This document shows, piece after piece, positions 23,808 to 38,431 of a stretch of DNA of 64,000 nt. The notes under the pieces are model-generated. The model was not told the DNA's origin and made no database searches. It worked only from the letters and a program-made list of their open reading frames with translations. Origin of the DNA: Octopus vulgaris (lineage: Eukaryota). Location: the NCBI GenBank assembly GCA_951406725.2, contig OX597818.1:93124001-93188000 (forward strand), given 5' to 3'. The translations under genes were made by a program, and so were the position numbers. Numbering within the stretch: position 1 is the first letter of the stretch; each line of letters begins with the position of its first letter.

Positions 23808-24084
23808 TATCTTCATCGTTGTCGTCATCATCATCATCATCATCATTATCATCATTGTCATCATTATTTTAACAATAACTTTTCCATGCTTGCATGGATT
23901 TTCTACAGTCAAATGCCCTTCTTGTTGCCAAACCTCCCCTCTTTTCCAAATAAGGTAATATACCTCCATGACCAAATATGTTTTCACAGAAGACTGGAAA
24001 TGAAGGACAACACTTCTATGATGATAACACCCATTTACCACTATCAACACACACACACACAGATACAAATATAAATATATTGCA

Positions 24085-24485
24085 GCAACCATGTGATTGG
24101 GAAGCAACCACATGGTTTCAGGTTCAGTTCCATTGCATGACACCTTGTGCAAGTATCTTCTACTATAGCCTTGAGCCGACCAAAGCCTTGTGAGTGGAGT
24201 TGGTAGATGGAAACTGAAAGAAGCCTGTCATATATGAATAAATATATATGTATATATCTATGTGTATGTGTCTTTGTGTCTGTGTTTGTCCCCCCATCAC
24301 TGCTTAACAACTGGTGTTGGTGTGTTTACATCTCGTAACTTAAGAGTTCAGTAAGAGACCAATAGAATAAGTACTAGGCTTTAAAATTAAAAAGTCTGGG
24401 GTCGATTTCTTTGACTAAAACCTTTCAAGGCAGCGTTCCAGAGTAGCTGCAGTCAAATGAGTAAAAGTGTTAAAGAGTAAAAGAA
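24085..24485 (+). mobile_element. SINE family A, CpG-decayed
   Basis: Family A body and tail with many CG>TG/CA changes. Confidence 0.8.
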
Positions 24486-24522
24486 TATATATATATATAT
24501 AAATATATATATATGCGACAGG

Positions 24523-24750
24523 TGAAGGTGCATGGCTTAGGGGTTAGGCTGTCAGCATCATGATCGTAAGATTGTGGTTTCAATTCCTGGACCAGGCAAC
24601 ACGTGTTCTCGAGCAAAACACTTCATTTCATGTTGCTCCAGTCCACTCAGCTGGCAAAAAGAACTAACGCTGGGGAACACATACGCCATAGAAACCGGGA
24701 AACCAGGCCCGTGAGCCTGGCTAGGCTTTAAAAGGGTGCATTTATTTATA
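24523..24750 (+). mobile_element. SINE family C
   Basis: GGCTTAGGGGTTAGG...GGTTTCAATTCC head; tail GGCTTTAAAAGGGTGCATTTATTT. Confidence 0.8.
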
Positions 24751-24859
24751 TTTATATGTGACAGACCAGTGTCTCATCCAGGTGGAGAACCTATACGCCA
24801 AGGAAACTGGAAAACCAGCCCTATGAGCCAGGCGTGGCTTGAGAAGGAACACCAACTGC

Positions 24860-25537
24860 TGAAGCCTATTGTTGAAGAAAGTTTTGTTATTGCATGACAA
24901 ATCACACCCACACACGGCTGCCCAGACTGTTGAAACCATCAACAAATTGGGTTTTGAGGTACTGGAACACCCTGCCTACAGCCCAATCTCACTCTTTCTG
25001 ACTATCATATCTTTGGACCACTCAAGATGGCTAACAAGATTGTCAGTTTCCCATGGATGAAGATGTGTGAAGGAAGCGGTGCATAAATGGTTGCACAACC
25101 AACCGAAAACCTTCTTCTTGGAGGGAATATGCAAGCTTGTGGACCACTGGACCAAGTGCATCAAAAAGGAAGGAAACTATAAAGAAAACTGATGTTTATC
25201 CCCTGCTTTTGTATAAAAAAAATAATAAATGCACCCTTTTAAAGCCTAGCCAGGCTCATGGGCCCAGTTTCCCGGTTTCAATGGTGTATGTGTTCCCCAG
25301 CTGGATGGGACACCAGGCCATTGCAGCGTTACTCATTTTTGCCAGCTGAGTGGACTGGAGCAACGTGAAATGAAGTGTTTTGCTTAAGAACACAATGTGT
25401 CGCCTGGTCCAGGAATTGAAACCACAATCTTACGATCATGTTGCTGACACCCTAACCACTAATCCATGCACCTCCACTGCTTTTGTATAAATACATTGAA
25501 AAAACAAGAGTGTATCATTTTTGACTCTCCCTCATGT
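24860..25537 (+). mobile_element. Mariner transposase 3' fragment interrupted by a family C SINE (25218-25477, -)
   Basis: LLLHDKSHPHTA...LEHPAYSP. The SINE is flanked by a 15-bp TSD CTGCTTTTGTATAAA. Confidence 0.8.
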
Positions 25538-26140
25538 ATGTAACTTTCCACCAAAATACATTCACAAGACTTTAGTCAGCCCAGGGCTATAGTAGAAGAC
25601 ATTTGCTGAATATGCCATGAAGTGAGATTGAAATCATGTGGTTGGGGAGTTGCCTTCTTACAATACAACCATGCCTGTACTTTATATATACATGCATGCA
25701 TATATAACATAACATACATACACACATAGATGTGTGTGTGTGTGTGTGTGTGTGTGCATGTAAGCATGTGTGTGCATGTGTGACGAGTAGTGTGGGGTGC
25801 ATAAAATATATGCATTACCAGTTCTGAGTTCTATTGTGACATGAGAATTTTCCCAGGCTTGCTAAAATAACTCGGTCAGGTTTGCTAATGCGAGAACTGT
25901 GTTGTTTTTCTAATGAAATTCCAGGTGTACAATGCTGTCAATAACAATCCCGTTTTTATCCCAAAAACTTACAAACATCATATGCGATGTTTATAAGTGA
26001 GGCTTGAACTTTCTTGAAACAAACAGGAAATATCGTCAGCACACCTTCAGGAATACAAAAACTCAGTGTTTTTGTTGATTATTTTTTTTTGCCTGTTTGT
26101 TGTTGCTGTTGTTGTTGTCATTGTTGCTTTTGTTGCATAG

Positions 26141-26199
26141 AAATCAAACGAGTGGTCGTCAGCTTTTGTAATTTGTAGAGGACACAGTTGGATTGAATT
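26141..26199 (+). CDS. Possible small exon, frame unresolved
   Basis: Strong pyrimidine acceptor TTGTTGCATAG| and retained CpGs; candidate donors at 26168 or 26200. Confidence 0.22.
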
Positions 26200-27274
26200 G
26201 TAGGTGTAAGCATGTCTGTGTGGCTAAGTAACTAGCTTCACATGCATGGTTTCAGGTTCAGTTTTACTGCATGGCACCTTGTGTGAGTGTCTTCTACTAC
26301 AGCCCCGGGTTGACCCAAGGCCTTGTGAAGGGATTTGGTAGATGGAAACTGAATGAAGTCTATTGTATGTGTGTATGTAAGTGTGTTTGCATGTGTGCGT
26401 GTATGTATATGCATACATCCTCATCATCCTCATCATCATCATCATCATCATCATTGTCAACATCATCATCATCACCATCATTATTTAATCTCCATGTTCC
26501 ATGCTGGAATGGGTTGGGCAATTTGACAGAATCTGTTGGGCACCAGGACTGCATCATGCTCCAATGTCTGCTTTGACAGGGTTTTAGTTTTTGTTTTTTT
26601 GGCTGGATGCTCTTCCTGACACCAACCACTTACAAGTGTGTACTGGATGTTTATTCAGTCCACCAGCCCTATTGAGATCACCATGCAGCTTGCAAGAATA
26701 GAAACCCAAAGAGAGGAGGTCAGCTTTATACCAGGGGATGGTAGGATATAGTATAAGAGAAGGAAAAGGGAGCAGAGCACATTCTTGTAGAAAAGCTGCA
26801 TTTTTTGCTTACTCATGTTTAGCAGAGATGGGGAGAGAATGATCAGAAGGACCTGCAAAGAAGTATATAGTAGAGATCAAGCGTTCAGGTGGCCCTTCAA
26901 GACACAATATGTGTGTGTGCATGTGTGTACGTGCTCGTGTGTGTGTGTGTGTGTGTGCATGCATGTGCGTTTGTGGGTATGTGTGTGTGTATGTGTGCGT
27001 GTGTGTATGTGTGCGTGTGTGTATGTGTGCGTGTGTGTGTGTTTGTTACCATGTCTTGACATTATGTGCCAGTTGTAAGCAAGTGTCATTGTCGTACAAG
27101 AAGCACTGTTTGTTACCCAATCTCCTGCAAAAACATGTCTGACCATGGAAGAATATTAGCTTACTTGGAAAGAGTTTAGGGTTGGCAACTGGAAGAGTAT
27201 CCAACCATAGAAAATTTGCCTTGATGAATTGCATCTCATTCATGCAGGCATGAAATATTATAGGTATTAAATCA

Positions 27275-27305
<31 letters not shown>

Positions 27306-27488
27306 CGGTGGTGATGACAAATGCATGCAAATGCAATCATACACATAAATTTCCACATGCATCCCCTTAAACATGTACACACATGATACACCTACACACA
27401 TACACATATACATACACAAACAGATAGAAATGTACACATGCACACACAATCCCATTTCTATAAATTTATACACACATTTTTTGCTTGT

Positions 27489-27705
27489 ACTCTTTTACTC
27501 TTTTACTTGTTTCAGTCATTTGACTGTGACCATGCTGGAGCACCGCCTTTAGTCGAGCAAATCGACCCCAGGACTTATTCTTTGTAAGCCTAGTACTTAT
27601 TCTATCGGTCTCTTTTGCTGAACCGCTAAATTACGGGGACATAAACACACTAGCATCGGTTGTCAAGCAATGTTGGGGGGAGGGGACAAACACAAACACA
27701 TAAAT

Positions 27706-27740
<35 letters not shown>

Positions 27741-28108
27741 GGTGGCACGTAAAAAACACCCACTACACTCGCGGAGTGGTTGGCATTAGGAAGGGCATCC
27801 AGCTGTAGAAACACTGCCAGATCTGACTGGGCCTGACAAAGCCTTCCAGCTTCACAGACCCCAGTTGACCCGTCCAACCCATGCTAGCATGGAAAGCGGA
27901 CGCTAAATGATGATGATGATGATGATGATGATATATATATATATATTATATATACATATATACAATGGGCTTCTTTCAGTTTCCGTCTACCAAATCCACT
28001 CACAAGGCTTTGGTCGGCCTGAGGCTATAGTAGAAATCACTTGCCCAAGGTGCCACCGGAACCATGTGGTTGGTAAGCAAGCTACTTACCACACAGCCAC
28101 TCCTGTGC
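27489..28108 (-). mobile_element. SINE family A with an RTE 3' end (27741-27930, +) in its central microsatellite
   Basis: Family A halves flank GGTGGCACGTAAAA...(GAT)n. Confidence 0.85.
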
Positions 28109-28667
28109 CTATTTGTGCACAAATTATACACACTTGTAGATGTATACACCACCACCACTGCCATCACCATCATCACTGTCATCACCATCATCACTGTCAT
28201 CACCACATCACCACTACCACCACCACCACCACCACCACCACCACCACCACCACCACCATCACCACCATCTTATCATTTCATATAGATTTTTTTTCCATTC
28301 TAGCATGGATTGAATGACAGTATTTGACTACTTGATATGGTCCTTCATCATGAGATATACACAACTAGAGAGAAATTTGACTCTTTACTGTGTAATTTCA
28401 AGTATTTTAGGCATGGCTTACATAATGGCTGGTTCATTTTCCTATTGCAAACTACTTAAGACCACAGGCTGGGTACATCATATCAAACTACTAGCATTAG
28501 GAAAGTTGTCTGCCAGAACTAAAAGACCTATCTACTCTGTATCAGTTTCTAAAATGATTATTGCTCACCAAAATGCATTGCCTAAGTTGATGCTTGACTA
28601 GTCAATGTATAGATATATTTAAGAGATCCATCCATCCATTCATCCATCCATCCATACATACATACAT

Positions 28668-28884
28668 ACTCTTTTACTTGTTTCAGTCATTTGGCTGTGG
28701 CCATGCTGGAGCACTACCTTTTAGTCGAGCAAATTGACTCCAGGACTTATTCTTTGTGAGCCTAGTACTTATTCTATCGGTCTCTTTAACTGAACCCCTA
28801 AGTTACAGGAATGTAAACACACCACCATCAGTTGTCAAGCAATAGTGGGGAGAATGAACACAGACACACAAATACATACATACA

Positions 28885-28917
<33 letters not shown>

Positions 28918-29080
28918 GCAAACAGGCTTCTTTCAGTTTCCGTCTACCAATTCCACTCACAAGGCTTTGGTTGGCCTGAGGCTATAGTAGAAGACACTTG
29001 CTCAAGGTGCTATGCAGTGGGACTGAACCCGGAACCGTGTGGTTGGGAAGCAAGCTTCTTACCACACAGCCACACCTGTA
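28668..29080 (-). mobile_element. SINE family A, full length
   Basis: Reverse complement of the family A consensus. Confidence 0.85.
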
Positions 29081-29381
29081 CACAATTACAAGGAGGGGCT
29101 GAAAATTTCCTCACTTTGAGTAAAAGAAAATACAGGAGGATCAGTTATTTATGATTTTATTTAACCTATTCTCCTCTCAGGTTCACTTACTTATTGCAGC
29201 AAAAATTCAGTTTTTCTAAGCCCTATAGAAGAACTTGGAAGGTTGAGCCTCTGGCTAGGCCTTTCGTGATACTCTAAAAGCCAGGAACTTTTCAGCACCC
29301 ACTCATATATATACATTTGACATACACACAAAGATATGTATGTATGCATATATGCATGTGTATGAGTGTGTGTATTATGCA

Positions 29382-29878
29382 CTGGGTTGTCTGGAAAGTT
29401 CATGCCGACTTATTGTAGCTTACCTTTCGACTTATTTTAGAACATGGTTGAATCCATAAAATAGGATTTGACTACACCTCCATTGAGAACACAGTTTACG
29501 CTATCTTTTTGTGGAAGAAGATTTATGTTCCTACAACCTGTGTTAATTCTGTAACCCTTTAAAATGGAAGATAAGAAAGTTCATTTTCAGCACTTGATGC
29601 TTTGGGAACCAGACAAAAATTGCTGCAGCTCAGCTGGGATGTGTTAACCCACCCTCCATATTCACCAGATATTGCTCCTTCAGATTTCCACTTAATCAGG
29701 TCTCTCCAGAATAGTCTTAATGGTAAAAATTTCAATTCCATGGATGACATAAAAAGATACTTTGATGAATTCTTTGCCATGAAACCACCTCAATTCTGGG
29801 AAGAAGGTATTTTCAAGTTAAAGGAAAGATGGAGATACATTGTGCAACAAAATGGTTCATATTTGGTTGATTAAAAAT
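29382..29878 (+). mobile_element. Internally deleted mariner
   Basis: Left TIR CTGGGTTGTCTGGAAAGTTC; N-terminal MEDKKVHF joined to WDVLTHPPYSPDIAPSDFHL. Confidence 0.8.
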
Positions 29879-30019
29879 GTAATGCATGCATGCATGTGTG
29901 TGTGTGTGTTCTGATGTTCTATTCTGTTTTTCAGTATTTGAAATTTTCTTGTAATGAAGTAGCTGGTTTCTAACAAAGACACAAAACTCCATCACCGTAA
30001 CATACATTACAGAAACAAA

Positions 30020-30380
30020 TTCATACTTTGAACTTAAGAAAAGTTTTGCATATTTGTTATGTGCAGATTAGCTGATTAATTTCAATTTCTGAAAACCTTA
30101 GCCAATCCAACTCACAAAACCAAGTACACCAATTACTATTGGTATAAATGTGAATTTATAATCTGAGTAAAGAAGCTGGAGGTTTTGAAGCAGTTTTCCA
30201 GTTATCCTTTTTCTCTTTGATTTTCAAAGAGATATTCACATCAGCAGGACAGCTGGCCTCTATGATGATACATACTTTTTTTATTGTCAGTCCCAAACAA
30301 TATACAACCTGCTGTTTACACTTGATAAAATCTTAATGGAAATGTTCCACTTATCTTCTTTGTGTTGATGTTTAAGTATG
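30020..30380 (-). mobile_element. REL-endonuclease non-LTR retrotransposon 3' fragment
   Basis: Homologous to 58870-59110; ends KICKTFLKFKV*. Confidence 0.55.
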
Positions 30381-30664
30381 TATTCAATGTGTGCGTGTGA
30401 GTCTGTGTGTGTGTGAATGCTTATAGTTTATGTTGAGCTGGGTAACAGACTATGGTTTTCAAGGATATTTCCTAGGGACAAGAAATCATCCAATAACTCT
30501 ACATGCTTGAAGATGGCTGAAATGATAAGTCCCTTATTTGAAAACAGGTAAGGGTTAGTAGCAGGAAAGGTATCCAACTATAAAAGCCATATTTCAATAA
30601 TGTGTATTTGTATAATCCAAGCTAGCATGAAACAACAGGCATACAAATGAACAATATATATACA

Positions 30665-30875
30665 TCCTTTTCTACTCAAGGCACAAGGCCCGAAATTTTG
30701 GGGGAGGGGGCTAGTCGATTAGATCGATCCCAGTACACAACTAGTACTTAATTTATTGACTCCGAAAGAATGAAAGGCAAAGTCAACTTTGGCTGAATTT
30801 GAACTCAGAACATAAGACAGACAAAATACCACTAAGCATTTCACCTGCCATGCTAACGTTTCTCCCAGCTCACTG
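30665..30875 (-). mobile_element. SINE family B
   Basis: Family B motif and tail. Confidence 0.8.
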
Positions 30876-30885
30876 CTTTGAACAA

Positions 30886-30917
<32 letters not shown>

Positions 30918-30918
<1 letters not shown>

Positions 30919-32290
30919 CATCATCATCATCATCATCATCATTTAGCGTCCGCTTTCCATGCTAGCATGGGTTGGACAGTTCAACTGGGGTCTGTGAAGC
31001 CAGAAGGCTGTATCAGGCCCAGTCTGATCTGGCAGTGTTTCTACGGCTGGATGCCCTTCCTAACGCCAACCACTCCATGAGTGCAGTGGGTGCTTTTTAC
31101 GTGCCACCCGCACAGGTACCAGACGGAGCTGGCAAACGGCCACGGACGGATGGTGCTTTTTATGTGCCACCGGCACGGGGACCAGGCGAGGCTGGCAACG
31201 GCCATGATCGGATGGTGCTTTTTAAATGCCACCGGCACGGGGGCCAGGCGAGGCTGGCAATGGCCACGATCGGGTGGTGCTTTTTACGTGCCACCGGCAC
31301 GGGGGCCAGGCAAGGCTGACAACAGCCACGAACGATGGTGCTTTTTACATGCCACCGGCACGGAGGCCAGTCGGGGCGGCGCTGGCAATGGCCACGATCG
31401 GATGGTTCACTTACTTGTCACCGGCACTGGTATCACAGCTGCAATTTCCATTGATGTTGATCGACTTCGATTTTGGTTCTGCTTTCTGATATCTGATCTG
31501 ATTTGGTTTGATTTTGATTTTCACTTGCCTCAACAGGTCTTCACAAGTGGAGTTTTGTGTCCCAAGAAGGAAAGGTATGTATAAATCGACTGGCTACATA
31601 CCAGGTAAAGGCCCCTGGTTATGGTCTCACTAGTCTTGCCGGGTCTTCTCACGCACAGCATACTTCCATAGGTCTCGGTCTCTAGTCATTTCCTTAGTGA
31701 GACCTAAAGTTCGAAGGTCGTGTTTCACCACCTCGTCCCAGGTTTTCCTGGGTCTACCTCTTCCATGGGTTCCCTCAACTGCTAGGGTGTGGAACTTTTG
31801 CACACAACTATCTTCAGCCATTCTCGTCACGTGACCATACCAGCGCAATCGTCTCTCTTGCACACCACAACTGATGCTTCTTAGGTCCAACTTTTCTCTC
31901 AAGGTACTTACACTCTGTCGATTATGAACACTGACATTACACATCCATCAGAGCATACTGGCTTCATTTCTTGCAAGCTTACGCATATCCTCAGCAGTTA
32001 CAGCCCATGTTTCACTACCATGTAGCATGGCTGTACATATACATGCATCATACAGTCTGCCTTTTACTCTGAGAGAGAGGCCTTTTGTCACTAGCAGGGG
32101 TAAGAGCTCTCTAAACTTTGCCCAGGCTATTCTTACTCTAGCAGTTACACTTTCAGCACACCCACCCCCGCTACTGACTTGGTCACCTAGGTAGCGGAAG
32201 CTATCAACTACTTCTAGTTTTTCTCCCTGGAACGTGGTAGAAGTTGGTCTCTGCACATTTTCAGTGTTTATTTGCTCCTGAGCATCTACT
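30918..32290 (-). mobile_element. RTE-clade LINE, 5'-truncated
   Basis: LEVVDSFRYLGD...[11 protein letters not shown]...RRLRWYGHV...GRGRPRKTW; about six ~55-bp UTR repeats; (GAT)n tail. Confidence 0.9.
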
Positions 32291-32633
32291 ATATAATACA
32301 CATCAAGTTCAAATCACGTCAGGCAGAAACAGATTAAGTCTGCCACTCAAGAACAGAAGCAAATCTCTTCGACTTGCTTCCACACAGTTTCCTATTTATC
32401 AAATTTCATCAACAAGTTTTGGTCAGTCTGATACTATGGTAGAAAATCTTACTCAAAATGTTGTGTAATGTGATTGATGTCAATACCTTGTGATTGCAAA
32501 ACACACTTCTTAATCATATCTCTGCCTTCACCCAGTGGTTATTACCTTAAGTTATTGCTTTCTAATATAATTATGGTACCAGCAAGATGTTATATATCTG
32601 TTATATTGCTTATAAGCAATATAACAGATATAA

Positions 32634-32882
32634 AAAAATAATAATAAATGTGCCCTTTTAAAGCCTAGCCAGGCTCATGGGCCTGGTTTCTCGGTTTCTA
32701 TGGCGTATGTGTTCCCCAGCTGGACAGGACGCCAGTCCATCGCAGCGTTACTCATTTTTGCCAGCTGAGTGGACTGGAGCAACGTGAAATGAAGTGTTTT
32801 GCTCAAGAACACAATGCGTCGCCCAGTCCACAATCTTACGATCATGGTGCTGACACCCTAACCACTAAGCCACATGCCTCCA
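32634..32882 (-). mobile_element. SINE family C with 17-bp TSD
   Basis: CAATATAACAGATATAA at 32617-32633 and 32883-32899. Confidence 0.88.
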
Positions 32883-33014
32883 CAATATAACAGATATAAG
32901 TAACCAATATATCTGTCATATGGCCAATATGTTAGTGGCAGGGTATCAAACATATTTTCATCTGATTTTTAAAACCCTCTTCTGACCACAACTATCTCTG
33001 ATTCCTTGGTTATT

Positions 33015-33280
33015 CTCTAATCAAGTGGGCCTAACAGAACTAAGGGCTCTGTGCCTCCACTTCAAACTAACTTATAGAAGAAAATGTAATTCACAAATTA
33101 TCTGACAAACTACTTAATTATGACACTGGAAGATGCGTAAAAGAAATCAAGACATTGTATAATAGCTCATTGATAAACATACTGAAGTGGCTGGTGTGTG
33201 TGTTCTGGGAGAGGAGACCACTATTATGGATACATACAATGAATAGCATGAAGCAAGAGGACTTCAGAGATAAGGCTTTT
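33015..33280. repeat. Unclassified ~260-bp repeat, second copy at 37428-37673
   Basis: Shared GAGAGGAGACCACTATTATGGATACATACAATGAATA.CATGAAGCAAGA and flanks. Confidence 0.7.
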
Positions 33281-33727
33281 TTCCTTCTGAATAAAGGGGC
33301 CTCTTGAGATAGGTTGGTGATGCTGAATGGATAGTTGTGTGTTGTTACATAGATGGATTTGAGTAAACCAACAATTCTGACAGAGGTAGCATTCATAACT
33401 GGTCACTTCAGTACACTGTATAATCACAGTCTATACACTCGCATAAGACATACAGATAGGCACAATAATACTATCTCTCTCCATACACGCAGTATTGAGT
33501 TCTTTTATTCTTTGTGGTATATGTATACAAGCCTTATTTATTTATAAACACACACACACATACATGCACATAAACACAACACATATCTATAGTTTAATAT
33601 ATATATATACATATATATGTGTGTGTGATATATATTTATACACATATATGTGTGTGTGTGCATGTGTGATATATATTTATACACGTGTGTGTGTGTGCGT
33701 GTGTGTGTATGTGTGTGTATGTGTGTG

Positions 33728-33844
<117 letters not shown>

Positions 33845-34000
33845 TATTTATACACATATTTCTTCACCAAAATATCACTGGGAAGTGCCTGGTTAATGCA
33901 AAGTTTGAACAGAACAATAGTCAATTTCACATACACACACATGAGCACACACACACACAGATACACACACACACACACATGCTTATGTATATACGTGCAA

Positions 34001-34052
<52 letters not shown>

Positions 34053-34887
34053 AGTATGTGTGTATATGTGCATGTGTGTGCTAGTCTTTGTAAATATGCA
34101 TATATCTAAGTATCTCTCATTTCCTCCTAATTACTTATCTATCAATCATCTTCAGTGATCTAATTCTCTTTAACCTTCTCTGTCTCTTACCCCATGCATG
34201 TCTCACTCTCTCTTACCTTGTACAACTCTCTCTTTCTCTCTCTCTCTCTCTTTCCTTATCTTTTACTCTTTAACTTCCTTGCCCTTTCTTAATCACTGTT
34301 TCATTCTCCTCCCTCTCTTTCTGATTTTCTCATACAACAGTAAACAAGAATTAAACTTTTGTCCTTCTGGTCCTTAAATAGAAACTTGCAACTGTACACT
34401 TGCAATTTCACAATACTACATCTGTTTTTGTACACGCACGCATACATACACTCATAAAAACACACACTAACACATTCACACAGGCAAACATTCACTCATA
34501 CATTCACTCACATAGCTATACTCAAATTTGAACACATAAATGACACATGAACACACACACACATATGTACACACACATACACATGCATACATGTGTATCA
34601 TGTACACACACACAGGTTCATACCTCAAGACACACATACACACACACACACACACATACATGCACATATAAGGTGTTCCATAAGCAAAGCAAAATTTAAA
34701 CATTAAGTCAACTTTAAATGCTGTTGTACTGATACAACTCTCCAGTAATCTCAACATTAACTTATATGTGTTATGTCTAAACACTTGTATATATTATGCA
34801 ATGAGAGAGAAGTTTTCAAAATGCTTAACTTTAATTACAAGTTCATGTTCCCTTTGAATCATTTTATTTTGCTAACTTCTAAAATAG

Positions 34888-34937
34888 CTTCTGAAAGACT
34901 TACCATACCTGTCATTCACTGCAGACAAAATATTTTT
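34888..34937 (+). CDS. Possible exon (SERLTIPVIHCRQNIF)
   Basis: CTAAC branch-like motif, AATAG| acceptor, TTT|GTAAGA donor. Confidence 0.25.
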
Positions 34938-35628
34938 GTAAGAATTAAAGCAAAACATGTAAACGATACAAAAGAAAGGACAATACACCCGGAGCATCCC
35001 TCATCAGCCATGGAAACCAGAATCAGTGTAGTTTCTGCATGTTTAAATCCAAAGACAGTAATTCCATGAGCCATGCTAAGATAGTAATTATAACTTAAAT
35101 GATAAATATCACAAAGAAAAAGACTTGGAACATACAAGACAACAACATAACGATGGAAAACTATGGACAAATACATGTAAGTTAGATTAATAAAAATATA
35201 TAAATACATATATATATATATACACAGTTGCAAGCATGGGTGTATGGTTAAGAAGCTCTCTTTTCAGTCATGTGGTATCAAGTTCAGTTTAAACATGTGG
35301 CAATTTAAACAAGTGCCTTCCACTGTAGTCTGAGTTGACCAAAGCATTGCAAGTGGATTTGGTAGGCAGAAAATGAAAGAATCCCAAATATAGGCATGTG
35401 TGCATGCACACAAATGTGCATGTGTTTATGTGTATGAGTATGTGTATGTGCATGTGTGTCCTTATTTTGATATTACATGATGGTGGAAAACAACTATCAT
35501 TATCATACAAGCAATGTCATTTGTTTTAAACTTTATGTCAAAAGTATGTCAGACCATGAGAAAATATTACTTGTTTGGAAATAGTTGAGGGTTGGTGACA
35601 GGAAGGGTATTTAGCTAAAGAAAATATA

Positions 35629-36858
35629 TCAGGTCATCCCATAAGTTCTGTCCAATTTTACCTTTTTAAAAATTGAATGAAATTTAATAGTATCTTAGAA
35701 TGCCTAATGGAATTAAAAATTATTTTTATACATTTGTGTATATTTAAACTAATTAAATATTATTTTACAGAATAATAGAATTAAAATTTCTTTGATTAAA
35801 ATCCTTTCTAACATGGAAGTATCCAAAGAGCATTTGAGGCGCATAATGCTTTATGAGTACAAAAAAGGAAACTCTGCAGCTGAAGTGACTTGAAACATAT
35901 ACTCAGTTTATGGGAAAGAATGCTTGAATGAAAGAACTTGCAGAAGATGGTTTGCAAAATTCAGAAGTGAAGATTTCAGCCTTGAAGATGAAGATTGAAC
36001 AGGACGTCCAGTTGAGTTTGATGATAAGCTCCTTGAGGCATTACTTGAAGAAGATCTTGCATTATCAGTTGAAGAATTGGCAATGAAGCTTAGTTCAAAC
36101 CATGCAACTGTTCATGGTAATCTTCAACAACTTGGAAAATGGGTGCCTCATGAATTGTCCGAAAGCAACTGCAAATCCTGAGTTGACATTTGCTCTTCTC
36201 TCCATTCTCATGAACTCATTTCACCCTTTTTGGATAGACTTATGACTGGTGACGAAAAATGGATCTTCTATCGAAATGTTAAATGTCATAAACAGTCGCT
36301 TGGTAAACGGGAAAAAGCTCAACCACAACCGAGAAGGGAACTTCATGAGAAAAAGGTTCTTCTCTCTATCTGGTGGGATTGCAAAGGAGCAACAATCAAT
36401 GCTCAAGTCTACTGTCAGCAATTAGAGGGTTTGAGCCAAGCTTTGAAGAAAAAAGGACCCGCTTTAGTGAATCAAAAAGGAGTGATGTTTCATCAGAACA
36501 ATGCACCACCCCACACTGCAAAGATCACATCACAGAAGATCGAAGAGCTTGGTTGGGAAAAAATTCCTCATCAATCATATTCTCCTGACCGTGCTCCTTC
36601 ACACTACCATTTGTTTCGTAGTTTACAGAATTATTTGAGGGACATAACTTTTGCAAGCCAGGAGGAGGTCGAAACTGACATTTCAGAGTTCTTCACTTTG
36701 AAACCAAGAGTGTTTTACATTGATAGGATTAAAAAGCTTGTAAGGAAGTCATATATAATCAGGGAAAGTACACTGATGATTAAATTTCAATTAAATATAA
36801 CATTTGATCACTTGTTTTCTTTATTCAAAATTTGGACAGAACTTATGGGATGACCTGA
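35629..36858 (+). mobile_element. Full-length mariner (DD34D) transposon, inactive
   Basis: 27-bp TIR TCAGGTCATCCCATAAGTTCTGTCCAA at both ends, TA TSD, 1230 bp. Confidence 0.95.
35813..36780 (+). pseudogene. Mariner transposase pseudogene
   Basis: MEVSKEHLR..., WVPHEL, TGDEKW, FHQNNAPPH, YSPDRAPSHY. It has in-frame TGA stops, and two catalytic Asp are substituted. Confidence 0.9.
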
Positions 36859-37318
36859 TACTTCAGCAAATTTCACCTGGCCTATAGAATCATATAAAAG
36901 TGAACATAAAAATGATGATGACTGTATATATATTGTAGTCTTTTGACTGGGCTCAAAAAAACAAAAACAAAAAAAACAAATTCACTGAGTGCTAGAATAT
37001 TTCATGAGACTTCTTTTTCTCAATGTATGCTCTACCTGTGTGTAACAGATAACACCAATACCACAATCAGCCAATTGATGTACAGAGAGAAAAACAAACT
37101 TTAAAACATTGACGTTGGGAATGGAGAGGATAGGGACAGATGAAAATGTGGACAAAGTAGAAAATATTGATGATGATGCAATGGGAGTTGATGGGGGTGT
37201 TAATGGTAATGTTGGTGATGGTGGTAGTGGTAGCAGCAGTGGCAGTGGTGGTGGTGGTGGTGGTGAGGGTGGTGATGCCATCCTCTAATTAAAAGAGTGG
37301 CATCATCATGTTATCATT

Positions 37319-37401
<83 letters not shown>

Positions 37402-37925
37402 TATCATCCTCTTCCCTTGTCACTTCGTAATCAAGAAGGCCTGAGAGAACTAAGGGTTCTGTACCCCTATTTCAGACTAATTAATAAAACAAAAAAATCG
37501 TAATTCACAAATCATCTGACAAGCCACATCATTATGGCACAGAAGATGTGTAAAAGGAATCAAGAAAAGCTCATTGATAAACATACTAAAGCGGCTGGTG
37601 TGTGAGAGGAGACCACTATTATGGATACATACAATGAATAACATGAAGCAAGAAGAATTCAGAGATAAGGCTTCTTTAGCTCTGATGATAACAATGATGA
37701 TGTTGATGATGGGAATAATGATAGTAGCAATGATGATGATAATAGTGAAGATAAATGTGTAATAATCATTAGCTGGATGAGTCATTAGTGAAATGGATAG
37801 CCAATGAATAACCATCTGGCAGGCAAGGGGTTCATATCTTGTTTTTGTGTCCATGTATGATATGCCATTTTTATTATCAACAGTTTGGTCCACCTAGCTG
37901 TAAGAAGGTTGGACAATATAGTATA

Positions 37926-38099
<174 letters not shown>

Positions 38100-38335
38100 G
38101 TAAATATACATATATACTGTGTATTGGTGCTAGTATGGCTGCATGGTTAAGAAGTGTGTGTGTGCGTGTGTGCATGCAAATTATCATGAGAGTATTTATA
38201 TATATATATATACTCTCTGGAGAAAAAATACAACAATGATAAGCATATCCATGTTCCTGTCTGCTGAAATGCATTAAGAATGAGCATGCATGTCATTGTT
38301 TAGATTCTCATTGTTCTCTGAGTTCATGATAATTT

Positions 38336-38399
<64 letters not shown>

Positions 38400-38431
38400 A
38401 CACACACACACACATACACAAACATATAACA

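Noticed and set aside
25925-25996. Plus-strand exon candidate (CCAG|...AA|GTGAGG)
   Set aside because: The minus strand reads MMFVSFWDKNGIVI, resembling a mariner transposase segment, so it is more likely TE debris.
34985-35010. Minus-strand CTGATGAGGGATGCTCC as a hammerhead
   Set aside because: Lacks GAAA and stems I and III.
36230-36853. Functional or domesticated (SETMAR-like) transposase
   Set aside because: There are upstream stops, two catalytic Asp are lost, and it lies within intact TIRs, so it is a dead mariner.
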